The notes beneath the pieces were generated by a model, which worked only from the letters and a program-made list of their open reading frames with translations, was not told the DNA's origin and did no database searches. This document shows positions 36,405 through 46,710 of a stretch of DNA of 64,000 bases, piece by piece. The stretch comes from Patescibacteria group bacterium (lineage in GTDB: Bacteria; Patescibacteriota; Minisyncoccia; Phycocordibacterales; UBA12445), in the NCBI GenBank assembly GCA_003504275.1, contig DOAO01000009.1, positions 24,405 through 88,404 on the forward strand. Reading direction: 5' to 3'. Position numbers and translations under genes: made by a program. Every line of letters starts with the position of its first letter. The first letter of the stretch is position 1.

Positions 36405-38276
36405 ATGAACAGTGTGAATATTTCAAAAAAAACTTTAGCCTATATTATTATAGCTATTGCCACAACCTTCGGGGTCTTTTTGTTTTTTGAATACACATAC
36501 AATAACCGATTTTATCCAGGAATATACGTAGATGGAAGATTGGTTGGTGGGAAAACATATACTGAGGTTTTTAATGAATACAAAAAAGGCGCTGAGGCTT
36601 TAGATAAAGATGGCATCACTCTTATTTTTGAAAGCGAGAAAGGAGAACGAATAGTAAACATCCCCATGGAAGCGAGTGGAATGTCGCCTGATAGAGTTGT
36701 CGCATATTTTTCTCTTGGCGATTGGGAGGGTTCTCTAAGGGAAGCCTACGACTATGGTAGAAACGGTAATATTTTAACAAAAATTTTTGAACAAGCTAAT
36801 TCTTTAATAAAAAATAAAGAGTTTAACTTCCCTGCGGTATTTCAAAGTGAAGCAATCAGTTCATTTTATTCACGTGAAATCAAGGGTTATTTCAAAGAGA
36901 CAATTTCCTCCAACTTTGTATATGTTGGAAATAAAATATATGTCTCAAAAGAAAGCGCGGGTGAAGATCTAGATTTTTCTGAAGTATCACAGGAGATAGA
37001 AAAGAAACTCTCTTCTTTTGACCCTTCTCCAATTCGCTTAAAAGCAAAAACCCGTATGCCTTCTTTTTCAAAAGAAGAAATGAAGATGTTTTTGCCGGTC
37101 GCAAATGAGATTGCTCACGGAATCAATGTTGATTTTAGATATAAAAGTTATGGCTGGAAGGTAAGCGGGAAAAAACTTATAACATGGTTGAGGTTAGACG
37201 AAAATGGTCGTTTGTCATTGGATAAAAATAAGATTAAGCTATTTTTAAACAAAAATATTATTCCTGTATTAGATAATCGTCCGATGAGTAGTCGTTTCGA
37301 AGTTCAAGGTGGCAAACTTATAGAAATTGAAAAAGGAAGAATTGGAAACATGGTAGACATCGAAAAAACTGTTGCTAAGGTAGAGGAGGTTATCTTTGGT
37401 ACAAAACGTTCCCTGGGAATAGCAGACAGTATGGTCGCTTCCCTTGGCGGATTAGCTATTGGTAATAGCGATATTATAATAAACAATGGATACCTTGTTG
37501 TTCCGATAGAAATTACTGAAGAGGAACCATCTGTCACAAAAGATACAGTAGATGAATATAATATTAATGAGCTGGTTGGTGTAGCCACAACAAATTTTAA
37601 AGGTAGTAGTGCAGATAGGATTCACAATATAAAAGTTGGGGTTTCTAAATTAACAGGTCTACTTATTGCTCCCGGAGAGGAATTTTCAACGGTTTTTTCT
37701 ATTGGAACAACTTCAGAAGAAGAGGGTTTTGTTGCAGAATTCGTAATCAAGGAAGATAAGAGTATCAAAGAGCTTGGTGGTGGTCTTTGTCAAATAGCAA
37801 CTACTCTGTTTCGTCTCGCCTTAAATACCGGACTTCCTATTACAGAACGAGTAAACCATAGGTATGTTGTCGGTTATTATGGACCAGGTCTTGATGCAAC
37901 AATATACGACCCACATCCGGACCTTCGCTTTATTAATGATACAGGAAAATATTTATTACTTCAGGGCACTGTAAAAGACAATAATCTTATTTTTGAATTC
38001 TTTGGTCAAAAAGATGGCAGACATATTTATATTTCCGAACCTGTACTTTCTGACGAAAAACCGATACCCGAAACAAAATACCTCATGAGTACAGATGTCC
38101 CTTATGCGACACAACAGTGTAGCGAGACTCCACGTAAAGGTATAACAGCAGAGGTTGATTACGCGGTCACCTACAAAAATGGTAAGATAAATGAACAAAA
38201 ATTTAAAAGCATATATCAGCCGTGGAGGAAGATATGCCTCATTGGACTCGGTGCAACAATACCTCTAAAAAAATAA
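36405..38276 (+). CDS. VanW-family protein with N-terminal TM anchor
   Basis: C-terminal VanW signature GGGLCQIATTLFRLAL...RVNH. Confidence 0.75.
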   Translation: MNSVNISKKTLAYIIIAIATTFGVFLFFEYTYNNRFYPGIYVDGRLVGGKTYTEVFNEYKKGAEALDKDGITLIFESEKGERIVNIPMEASGMSPDRVVAYFSLGDWEGSLREAYDYGRNGNILTKIFEQANSLIKNKEFNFPAVFQSEAISSFYSREIKGYFKETISSNFVYVGNKIYVSKESAGEDLDFSEVSQEIEKKLSSFDPSPIRLKAKTRMPSFSKEEMKMFLPVANEIAHGINVDFRYKSYGWKVSGKKLITWLRLDENGRLSLDKNKIKLFLNKNIIPVLDNRPMSSRFEVQGGKLIEIEKGRIGNMVDIEKTVAKVEEVIFGTKRSLGIADSMVASLGGLAIGNSDIIINNGYLVVPIEITEEEPSVTKDTVDEYNINELVGVATTNFKGSSADRIHNIKVGVSKLTGLLIAPGEEFSTVFSIGTTSEEEGFVAEFVIKEDKSIKELGGGLCQIATTLFRLALNTGLPITERVNHRYVVGYYGPGLDATIYDPHPDLRFINDTGKYLLLQGTVKDNNLIFEFFGQKDGRHIYISEPVLSDEKPIPETKYLMSTDVPYATQQCSETPRKGITAEVDYAVTYKNGKINEQKFKSIYQPWRKICLIGLGATIPLKK

Positions 38277-38427
38277 ATTCACACTGTTCAGTAGAATTTT
38301 TATTTTTTAGAAAATTAAAAATTTAAAATCGATAGAATGAAGGCAGGTAGAAATATCGGCAAAATTAGGTGATATCTTTTTATTAATAAACAAAGTCTTA
38401 TTATTCAATTTTTACTAAACAGGGTAA

Positions 38428-40032
38428 ATGGAAACAGAAAACAAAAAGGCATATTTAATAGGGGGTGGTATAGCATCACTTTCTGCTGCAGTATATTTGA
38501 TAAGAGATGGTGGTTTTTCAGGTAAAAATATTTATATACTAGAAAGCTCGGAAGACCTTGGAGGGAGCTTAGATGGTAAGGGTTCCCCAAAAGATGGATA
38601 TGTTTGTAGAGGAGGGAGAATGTTTTCTGAGGAAGTTTATAGTTGCACCTTTGATCTTTTGTCTTCGATTCCCCTTCACAAGAGCTCAAAAAAAACTCTC
38701 CGAGATGATTTTGTTAAATTTAATAAAGAGGTAAGAGTTAATGCTAAGGCTAGGCTTGTAGAAAACAGAAAAATAATCGACTCATCTTTTTTGGGACTTA
38801 GCGATATTGATCGAATTGGATTAGCAAATCTTATCTCTTTACCAGAATCTTTTTTTGATAGCGAAAGTTCAAAAATTAGCGACTACTTCTCCCCTTCTTT
38901 TTTTGAAACAAATTTTTGGTTTGAATGGTGTACAACTTTTGCCTTTCAGCCATGGCACAGCATAATAGAATTTAAAAGATACCTCCTTCGTTTCATTCAG
39001 GAATTTCCTCGTATAAATACAATGACAGGGGTCAAGCACACTAGATATACTCAATTTGATTCTATTGTTACTCCCGTTGCAGATTGGCTTAAAAATGAGG
39101 GTGTTATTTTTTTAATGAATCATCATGTCCTTGATCTTGAGTTCACAGAAAATAGAGACAGGGAAAAAGTAAAAAAAATAATATATTCAAAAGAACAACA
39201 CAAAGAGGAAATTATTGTTGAAGATAGCGATATCGTGTTATTTACAAATGGCTCTATGACTTCTAATTCGAGTCTCGGCAATAACAAAAGCGCCCCAGAA
39301 ACTAATACAAAGAAAGCCAACGACTCGTGGAGGCTTTGGGAAAAAATAGCTAAAGGGCGACCACACTTTGGTAAACCACACATATTTGAGGCCGATATAG
39401 ACAAAATGAAATGGGAATCATTTACGGTAACGCTTAAAGATAAAAAGTTTATAGAACTTATTAAAAAATTCTCAGATAATGAGCCTGGAACGGGCGGTAT
39501 CGTAACCTTTAAAGATTCAAACTGGCTTTTGTCTATTGCTATTCCAAATCAACCACATTTTGCAAATCAACCGGAAGATATATTTGTTTGGGGAGGATAC
39601 GGACTATCTCCAGATAAAGAAGGAAATTTTATTAAGAAAAAAATGTCTGAATGTACGGGTGAGGAATTAGTAATGGAGGTTTGTTGTTTATTGGGCTTTG
39701 ATAATGAATTGTCTGAAATTCTAGAGCATTCTGATTGTGTACCTTGTATGATGCCATACATAACAAGTCAGTTTATGCCTCGAAACAAAGGTGATCGTCC
39801 GCTTGTAATACCGGAAAAAACCGAGAATTTCACTTTTTTGGGACAATACTGCGAAATACAAGATGAAGTTGTCTTTACAGTAGAACAGTCGGTCAGATCA
39901 GCAATGATAGCTGTTTATGGTTTACTTGGAATAAATAAAGAAATACCAACTATATATAAAGGCGTATATGACCCTGAAGTAATTATGAATTTTATGAAAA
40001 CGGTTTTTAATAAAGAGGGATTATTTAAATAA
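38428..40032 (+). CDS. ohyA: Oleate hydratase (FAD-dependent fatty-acid double-bond hydratase, MCRA family)
   Basis: Extended colinear similarity to the streptococcal MCRA/oleate hydratase pattern: AYLIGGGIASLSAA...GGSLDG...GGRMF...FETNFWFEWCTTFAFQPWHS...RYLLRF...VPCMMPYITSQFMPR. Confidence 0.85.
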   Translation: METENKKAYLIGGGIASLSAAVYLIRDGGFSGKNIYILESSEDLGGSLDGKGSPKDGYVCRGGRMFSEEVYSCTFDLLSSIPLHKSSKKTLRDDFVKFNKEVRVNAKARLVENRKIIDSSFLGLSDIDRIGLANLISLPESFFDSESSKISDYFSPSFFETNFWFEWCTTFAFQPWHSIIEFKRYLLRFIQEFPRINTMTGVKHTRYTQFDSIVTPVADWLKNEGVIFLMNHHVLDLEFTENRDREKVKKIIYSKEQHKEEIIVEDSDIVLFTNGSMTSNSSLGNNKSAPETNTKKANDSWRLWEKIAKGRPHFGKPHIFEADIDKMKWESFTVTLKDKKFIELIKKFSDNEPGTGGIVTFKDSNWLLSIAIPNQPHFANQPEDIFVWGGYGLSPDKEGNFIKKKMSECTGEELVMEVCCLLGFDNELSEILEHSDCVPCMMPYITSQFMPRNKGDRPLVIPEKTENFTFLGQYCEIQDEVVFTVEQSVRSAMIAVYGLLGINKEIPTIYKGVYDPEVIMNFMKTVFNKEGLFK

Positions 40033-40045
40033 GTTCTCTGTAAAC

Positions 40046-40076
40046 AAAAAACCACCAAATTAATGGTGGTTTTTGT
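40046..40076. terminator. Bidirectional terminator between ohyA and the cold-shock gene
   Basis: accaccaaat-taat-ggtggt hairpin with flanking A and T tracts. Confidence 0.6.
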
Positions 40077-40089
40077 TTACATTACAAGA

Positions 40090-40287
40090 TTATGCTCTTG
40101 AAACGTTTGTGGCTGCTGGGCCCTTAGGACCATCAACGATCTCGAAAGAGACTGTGTCCCCAACTCTCAAATCGTCAAAAGCAACGCCATTCAATTCTTT
40201 TGAGTGAAAGAAAAGATCCTTTGCTTCGCCTTCGCGAGCGATGAATCCAAATCCTTTATCCAAAATAGTTTTTATTGTACCTGTCAT
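40090..40287 (-). CDS. csp: Cold-shock protein (CspA family)
   Basis: GTIKTILDKGFGFI with RNP1/RNP2 motifs. Confidence 0.9.
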   Translation of the reverse strand: MTGTIKTILDKGFGFIAREGEAKDLFFHSKELNGVAFDDLRVGDTVSFEIVDGPKGPAATNVSRA

Positions 40288-40507
40288 ATTATTTATATGT
40301 GATTTTTCCTAACTTAAGAAACTTCGACTTTGTTCCCCTGTGCTAATTACACTACCTTTAAGTATATACTAAATCATATATTTTGTCAAGTATTCGTCAA
40401 ACGGCCCATATAAAAAGACAAAAAAACAATTTTTGATAAATAAAAAGCCCCACTAATTTGTGGGGCTTGTGTTCCGCCAAAGGCGAGAACAAAACGAAAA
40501 GAACTAA

Positions 40508-42076
40508 CTACCCTAAATCAATTATCTCGTGACGCGCACCGTTATATGTGTGCAGTATCTCCTTTAAACTGAAAGTGTGCTTTTCCTCATCATAACCCTT
40601 TATTTCATAAGTTATGAGATGAATCGGTCTTTCCCAGAAAAAATATAATTTTTCGAGGGCGCCGTTTTCATATTTAGGATCAAGCTCAAATCCGGAAAAA
40701 GAGTGCTTAATAAGAAGATGTCCTAAATCATTAAGATTTCCATCGACTACCGCAACGGCAGGTATGCCGAAGGTCGTATGTTGTCTTATTAGGATCTCTC
40801 TTATTACTTCCGGCCTATCTTCTGCAATAGAGTAAACCTCTTCTCCTGTCATGGGGTCTATCTCTGTTTGCCAAAGATACATTTGTTCATCGCGTATGAA
40901 TTCATCGTAGAAATAACTTTCGATAGCCATTCTATCGGAAAGCATCTTGCGAAGTCCTATTATCTTTTTTCTGCCTAAACCAAGTTTCTTATCCCAATTT
41001 CTTTTTTCTTCTTGGTCTCTGCATTTTTCCCATTCGTCGCCAAATCTTCCTTTATCCCAACGGTCTTCTATCATTTCCCAAAAGGCGGGACCGATGGAAT
41101 ATACGTTGAAACCTAAGCGACGCTTCTGGGTGACTTGTGCGTGAAATTGTATTGCTTCTTCGTGTTCGGCGGGGGTTATTATTTTTTCTTTGGCTAATTG
41201 CCTAAGTACCCTGACATGCCAGAATGTAGCCCAGCCCTCATTAAGTAACCTTGTTCTGAAATTGGGGGCCAATGCTCTCATTTGTTCACGAACTACGGTA
41301 ACAACATCTTTTACCCACGACTTCTTCATTTTTGGAGACTTCTCGATCATATATTTGAGAATGTCGTATTCGGGAACGGGGGGTGTATGTTGTTCGTAAA
41401 ACTGTATAAGCTTTTCTGTTTCCTCGATGTCTTTTTTGAGCTTTTCAGCTTCATCGTTATCGGTCGTAGCATCGAGAGCTTTTTGATATCTGTTGAGATT
41501 TTCCATTTCCGCAGAAAGATATCTTTCGCGTATTTCCTCTTCAGGTAAAGCATCAGAAAAAGGATCGGAATCCTGGTGGTATTGAAAAGCGATAGCGGCA
41601 TCTATAACTTTTTCGACTTCTTCTACGCCGTATTTCTTTTCATATTCCAAGAATCTTTTCTTTGCGCTTCTTGCTTCAATGGTTATGTCCGCGATACTTC
41701 TACTCTTCCTCATGAGCATATTAGCGAGGTGAAAGTCGACGTGGCCATAAACGTGCGCAAGTATGAGTACATTCAATGCAAAAGGATTTGTATCAACCAA
41801 CAAAGCTGTCGGATTATCGAAATTCCAGACAACCTCGTAAGGTATTCCATGTCCCGAGTGTTGATATTGAGTATTCTCCCTCTCAAAATTTCTACCGAAA
41901 CTCCAGTGAGAAAAATTAGTAGGAAGACTATAAGCCATGGCTTCTATCATTCTTTCGGCGGTTACTATCTCAAAGTTAATGTTTGTTGTTTCCAAGCCAT
42001 TTTCTTTGAAGATTTCATCCACCCTTTTTTCAATCTCTCCGAGTCTTTTTATTTCCTTGGCATTCATACATATCAC
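40508..42076 (-). CDS. SpoVR/YcgB family protein
   Basis: Size, position downstream of prkA and yhbH, and conserved SpoVR-family regions. Confidence 0.75.
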   Translation of the reverse strand: MICMNAKEIKRLGEIEKRVDEIFKENGLETTNINFEIVTAERMIEAMAYSLPTNFSHWSFGRNFERENTQYQHSGHGIPYEVVWNFDNPTALLVDTNPFALNVLILAHVYGHVDFHLANMLMRKSRSIADITIEARSAKKRFLEYEKKYGVEEVEKVIDAAIAFQYHQDSDPFSDALPEEEIRERYLSAEMENLNRYQKALDATTDNDEAEKLKKDIEETEKLIQFYEQHTPPVPEYDILKYMIEKSPKMKKSWVKDVVTVVREQMRALAPNFRTRLLNEGWATFWHVRVLRQLAKEKIITPAEHEEAIQFHAQVTQKRRLGFNVYSIGPAFWEMIEDRWDKGRFGDEWEKCRDQEEKRNWDKKLGLGRKKIIGLRKMLSDRMAIESYFYDEFIRDEQMYLWQTEIDPMTGEEVYSIAEDRPEVIREILIRQHTTFGIPAVAVVDGNLNDLGHLLIKHSFSGFELDPKYENGALEKLYFFWERPIHLITYEIKGYDEEKHTFSLKEILHTYNGARHEIIDLG

Positions 42077-43492
42077 CTACCTATTTTTCTTCAGAAATTC
42101 TCTGAGAACAGTAAAAACATGAGCCTTGTTGCTTATGGTTACAGCGATAAAAGGAAAACCATCTTTACCGGTAATAACCTCCATGGAGTCCATCCTGCCA
42201 CTTTCCGGATTTTCTATCTTGAGGTAAACCGTTTCAATAGGCCAATTACCTTTGATGTGGGAGATGAGATCGGCATCATTCGTAAAAGAAGAATATCCCC
42301 ATGATTTTTCCTCAAAACTTTCCTTAATGTTTGCAAAGCAAAACATATTAATACCGGAATCCAGCATTTTTTTCATTTCCTTGCCGGTTTTTTCCGGTTC
42401 GAAATCGTCTCCGTCGGAAAAGTAAAAAGCATAGACATTCCAGATATCCGTCGGATATTTGCTCTTTATAAGATCGTTAACGAGAGAAAAAGCAGTATGT
42501 CCGACAGTTCCGCCACTTTCCATTGTGCGGAAAAAATCTTTTTCTTCGATCAATCTAGCCGAGCTATGGTGAACGATAAATCTTATTTCAACATTGGTAT
42601 ATTGTCTGCGAAGAACCTGCACCAGCCAAAAAAGTATGGCTCTTGAAATATACTTCTTGTGATCACCCATAGAGCCGGAAACGTCGAGAATTGCGAAGAC
42701 GACAGCGTTCGTCTCTGATGTTTTTTTGTCCTGAACATCAAAGTAGCGCAGATCGCCGTTTCCGATTATAGGAAAAGGTTCTACCTGCTTTAAATCATGT
42801 TTAAAGTTTGGATCAAGAAGAAGTTGCTCTGCTTCATATAATCCGCCACCCTCTTGCTTTAGGGCAGCAAAACAATCAAGTTCGCTTCTGTCCTTGAACT
42901 TTTCCTGTAAAAGACCCATCAAAACCCAGAATGTTTTCATTGCATTTTTCGCGGTTGGTCTCTTTTTCAAAAGAACCATAGGACCGACTTTTTCCATTCC
43001 GGTTATTTTATATCCAAGAGAAACTTCAATTGTGGCAAGATCTTTTTTAAGGAGATTTGGAAGACCGAGATCTTCAAACATCATTTCAACGATCTCTTCG
43101 ACCGTGAATTCGCTTTCGATCATATCTTCACCGGGATCATTGCCCGCTTTCGATTCTCCGCCTTCTCCCTGTTGCTGTCCGGGTTTTCTTCCCATTTCGT
43201 CACCCTTTTTACCGGGACCCTGACCCATTCCTACTTTTTTGCCTTCGCCTTCGCCATCGCCCTCTCCATCTCCGCCACCATTACCACTTCTTTTGCCGTG
43301 ACGCAGATCAGGGATGCTCAAAGACTTTACGGGCACTTTTATTTTCTTGCCTTTGTTATCCTGAGTTATTATATCTTCCTGAGAAATTATCTCGGGAAGT
43401 TTCTTTTTTACAATTTCCTTTATTTTGTCGTGATGCCTTTGAACGTCTTTTGAAACATCTAAATTATCTTCCCTTGAATCAATTATAGGCAT
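42077..43492 (-). CDS. YhbH/YeaH (DUF444) protein with vWA-like domain
   Basis: The AILDVSGSMGD motif, a Gly/Glu-rich low-complexity insert, and a position between prkA and spoVR. Its stop abuts the spoVR start. Confidence 0.8.
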   Translation of the reverse strand: MPIIDSREDNLDVSKDVQRHHDKIKEIVKKKLPEIISQEDIITQDNKGKKIKVPVKSLSIPDLRHGKRSGNGGGDGEGDGEGEGKKVGMGQGPGKKGDEMGRKPGQQQGEGGESKAGNDPGEDMIESEFTVEEIVEMMFEDLGLPNLLKKDLATIEVSLGYKITGMEKVGPMVLLKKRPTAKNAMKTFWVLMGLLQEKFKDRSELDCFAALKQEGGGLYEAEQLLLDPNFKHDLKQVEPFPIIGNGDLRYFDVQDKKTSETNAVVFAILDVSGSMGDHKKYISRAILFWLVQVLRRQYTNVEIRFIVHHSSARLIEEKDFFRTMESGGTVGHTAFSLVNDLIKSKYPTDIWNVYAFYFSDGDDFEPEKTGKEMKKMLDSGINMFCFANIKESFEEKSWGYSSFTNDADLISHIKGNWPIETVYLKIENPESGRMDSMEVITGKDGFPFIAVTISNKAHVFTVLREFLKKNR

Positions 43493-43573
43493 TTTAATCC
43501 CTCCTTCTACAATTCAGAAAAAAACGGGGTTAGTAATTAACCAACCCCGTAATTTGAACTTACGATTTACGAT

Positions 43574-45574
43574 TTATTTCTTGAGGAATTTCCTCGCGTC
43601 TTCCAGTATCTCCTGAACACAGTGTTCACAGAAACCGGCCTTCTTTAATCCCTCTACGAGGTCTTCTTTGTGCTTCCTCGAGTTTTCCGCTTCTTTTCCG
43701 GTAGCGGGTTTTTCGGAAAGAGTGAGAATGTTTATCATATTGAGCTGCATTTCCTCGAGAAGAACTTTGTTTACCGCTTCTCTAAGCTTCGGGAAATCTT
43801 TCAAACTGAATTCCCCGTGCTCCTGTAAGTATTCATAATACATCTGAAGCAGTTCTCCCCTGGCGCTATTTTGCGCCTCGGTGCTATTTAAGCCCATATG
43901 CGTTTCTATTTTCCTCATTTCCGTGTAATCCGGCCCGGAAGCGTTTTCTTCGGTAACCCTCGGAGCGCTAAACTTCCTGCTTTTTTGGCAGTGAAGTTGT
44001 ACGTCTTTCATATAGCGCTTTGCTTTTTGAAGAGCTAAATCGCCATAACACGACAAGAAGGCAGTGTTGATAATTTCAATTACCCTTTCTTTATATTCCT
44101 TCGTTATCTCATTATTGAGAAGATTTTTCCAAGCCTTGATAAGTTCCGGGTTGACACCCATTAAATTATCAAAGTTTGCCAAGAGGAAAGATATTGCTTT
44201 TTTAGGAGTGAGACATTTGCATCCTTTATCGGATACGATTGCCTTACTTAAGGCGGACATTATGTCTCTCGGACTTATTCCGAACATTCCGTCTTTTTTG
44301 GACCAGTCGTCACTTGCTTTGCCTCTTTCGATCACTGATTTTATGTCCAAGCGCTTTTCAGCGATGGATTCAACGATCTGCCCGTTTAAAAATTTTGCCT
44401 TTTCTATAACGCTGGAAAAATTGTTATCGGGATTAAGGCGCGACGATATCGCAAAAAGAGCTACGAGCTCAAGTGTCTCCGGACTAATGTGAGTTTTCAC
44501 ATTCGCCTGATTTATGAGTTTCTTGTATATCTCAACCTCGTCTTTGATGCGAAGTGCATATCCAAAAGGTATAGCGTAAATTCTGCTCTGAAGAGCTTCG
44601 TGAGCCGAGTCACTTGCAAACCATTTAAAACCTACGATGTTGCAGTGTCCCAAGACCACTGTGTCTATATCAAGTGGCGCCATATTGGAGCCGGGAACAG
44701 CGAGTAATCCTTCTTCGTTAAGGGTTATGAAAACCCACAGAATTTTAGGATCGATACCCTTTTTAACGAATTCAACACCCTCTACGAGACCGCGATTTCC
44801 ACGAGGAATGGCTCCGTTAAACGTAAAAGCTTCGGGGTCATCATATCCCCTCTTGGGATTATAAGTGACCGCCGGGTTCTCTTTTGCTGTAATATCTGAG
44901 ATATCCTGAGCTTTTTCGTCTGCGGGTTCAAATCTGCCGATACCCCTCATTTTTCTTCTTGAAATACTGAAGGTTTCAACGGGGATATCGTAGTAACCTG
45001 TCGGACCGCCTTTTTCTTTATATTCTTCTAATTTGGCGCGACATTTTGCGCAAAGGTCTCCCTTTATTTTTATCCCGAGCTCTCTTTCGAAATCCTCTCT
45101 CATATTCTGAGGCAAGAGATGCAAGGGTTCCTCGTTTATAGGACATCCCTGGATTTTATACATCGGAATATCTCTGTATGACTCAAGACCTGATTTCAGG
45201 ATCTCAAGAAAAGAGCTTTTGCCCGATGCGGGGGGTCCAAAAAGAAGAAGGACTTTTTTTCCCAGAGCCAATCCGTTTGCTCCGGCTAAGAAAAATTCCA
45301 TAACCTCGGAAACTGAGGAGGTTACTCCTTTTAAGTGTTGTTCGAAAAAGGGATACCCCTTTTTAACTCCGAAAAATTCGCGGTCGACCGGAGAAAGTTC
45401 TTTTTCTCCGCGCCCCAGAATCATTGAGAAGATTCTTTGGGCAGAAAATTGAGCAATCTTAGGGCTTTCTTTCAAAAGCCCGAGGTATTCCTCAAAGGTT
45501 ATTACTTTGTTCTCTTTACGTTCCAATTTTCTTTCCTGGTCTTTTTTGATGAGATCGTCAATGATATTCGCCAT
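43574..45574 (-). CDS. prkA: PrkA family serine protein kinase (AAA+ N-terminal, kinase-like C-terminal domain)
   Basis: The LLLFGPPASGKSS P-loop, 666 aa, conserved operon context. Confidence 0.85.
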   Translation of the reverse strand: MANIIDDLIKKDQERKLERKENKVITFEEYLGLLKESPKIAQFSAQRIFSMILGRGEKELSPVDREFFGVKKGYPFFEQHLKGVTSSVSEVMEFFLAGANGLALGKKVLLLFGPPASGKSSFLEILKSGLESYRDIPMYKIQGCPINEEPLHLLPQNMREDFERELGIKIKGDLCAKCRAKLEEYKEKGGPTGYYDIPVETFSISRRKMRGIGRFEPADEKAQDISDITAKENPAVTYNPKRGYDDPEAFTFNGAIPRGNRGLVEGVEFVKKGIDPKILWVFITLNEEGLLAVPGSNMAPLDIDTVVLGHCNIVGFKWFASDSAHEALQSRIYAIPFGYALRIKDEVEIYKKLINQANVKTHISPETLELVALFAISSRLNPDNNFSSVIEKAKFLNGQIVESIAEKRLDIKSVIERGKASDDWSKKDGMFGISPRDIMSALSKAIVSDKGCKCLTPKKAISFLLANFDNLMGVNPELIKAWKNLLNNEITKEYKERVIEIINTAFLSCYGDLALQKAKRYMKDVQLHCQKSRKFSAPRVTEENASGPDYTEMRKIETHMGLNSTEAQNSARGELLQMYYEYLQEHGEFSLKDFPKLREAVNKVLLEEMQLNMINILTLSEKPATGKEAENSRKHKEDLVEGLKKAGFCEHCVQEILEDARKFLKK

Positions 45575-46009
45575 TATAAATCACTCCCTTCCTTCGTTCT
45601 GTTGTTTTTGGTTGTTTTAAAGACGCTTCCACATTTATTTTGGTTTTCAAAGACCTTTTTACCTAAATAGAAATCTACCATCAACTAGAAAATAAGTAAA
45701 TGGTTTATGAACAAAAAAGATCATAATTTACAAAATATCCATTTATCGGCCTAAAATATAGTTAATTAGCTTATTAGTTTAAATATAAAACCCCGCTACC
45801 TAAGTTTTGGGGTTTTACAGAATAAATTATAAATTTATTCAATGGACAAAAAATGCCCTTTTTATTTTTTTGCCTTTTTCGGCTTCTTTACATCTTTCTT
45901 TCGTGAATCATTTCCTTTTGCCATAAAAATTACTATTGTGCTAATTTTTAATATAATAATTATAACATATTATTTTTTAACAAGGCTGTGGAAAAATATT
46001 GTTAGTTTC

Positions 46010-46318
46010 TTATTTCTGCTGAGGTTTTTTATCTAATTTATCTAGACCCATCATTTTTACACCAAAATAAACAACTCCTGCTATAACCAGAAAATCAACA
46101 AAAACAGCAAGAAAATTTCCATACATTATATTTGCACCAGCAATAATTATGGAAGCTGTTTTAAGATCACCAACAATACCTAATGCAACACCCAGAAAAG
46201 GATTTATTATATCAGCTATAAGAGCTGATACTAATTTTGATACAGCACCGCCAAGGATGAAACCGACAGCCAACCCGACAACTCCCTGCTCTCTAATAAA
46301 ATCTAAAAAACCTTTCAT
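46010..46318 (-). CDS. mscL: Large-conductance mechanosensitive channel MscL
   Basis: FIREQGVVGLAVGFILGGAVSKLVSALIADIINP is the canonical MscL TM1. Confidence 0.85.
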   Translation of the reverse strand: MKGFLDFIREQGVVGLAVGFILGGAVSKLVSALIADIINPFLGVALGIVGDLKTASIIIAGANIMYGNFLAVFVDFLVIAGVVYFGVKMMGLDKLDKKPQQK

Positions 46319-46341
46319 TATTTTTAATTATTTAATAATAA

Positions 46342-46620
46342 TTACTTTATACCCTTACTACATTCCCCTCTAAAAAAGGCCCATTCATCACATTCGCTAT
46401 TATCTGAAAATATACAAACACCAAATTGGCTTCCGTCCGCGCTTGTTCTTATCTCTGAACGACCGCCCTGATCTATACAATAGACAGATGCAGGATTAGC
46501 TATACCTACCTGATTACCTTCATTTTCCACAGGAAGTTGTTTGCTCGTTGTTCCATATTTAAAATAAAGCAAAACACCGACGATCAACACTAAAACTATA
46601 ATTATATTTTTCTTAGACAT
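46342..46620 (-). CDS. DUF333-domain secreted protein
   Basis: Signal/TM plus the DUF333 pattern NPASVYC...GVCIFSDNSECDEWAFFRGEC. Confidence 0.65.
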   Translation of the reverse strand: MSKKNIIIVLVLIVGVLLYFKYGTTSKQLPVENEGNQVGIANPASVYCIDQGGRSEIRTSADGSQFGVCIFSDNSECDEWAFFRGECSKGIK

Positions 46621-46667
46621 TTTTAATTAATTTTACTTTTAATATAAATATTATAACATCTTAAAAT

Positions 46668-46700
46668 AAAAAAAGGCGGAAAAGTTTTTTCTTTTCCGCC
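46668..46700 (-). terminator. Terminator downstream of pncB
   Basis: ggcggaaaag-ttttttc-ttttccgcc hairpin with a T-tract on the minus strand. Confidence 0.55.
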
Positions 46701-46710
46701 ACTGTATTTT

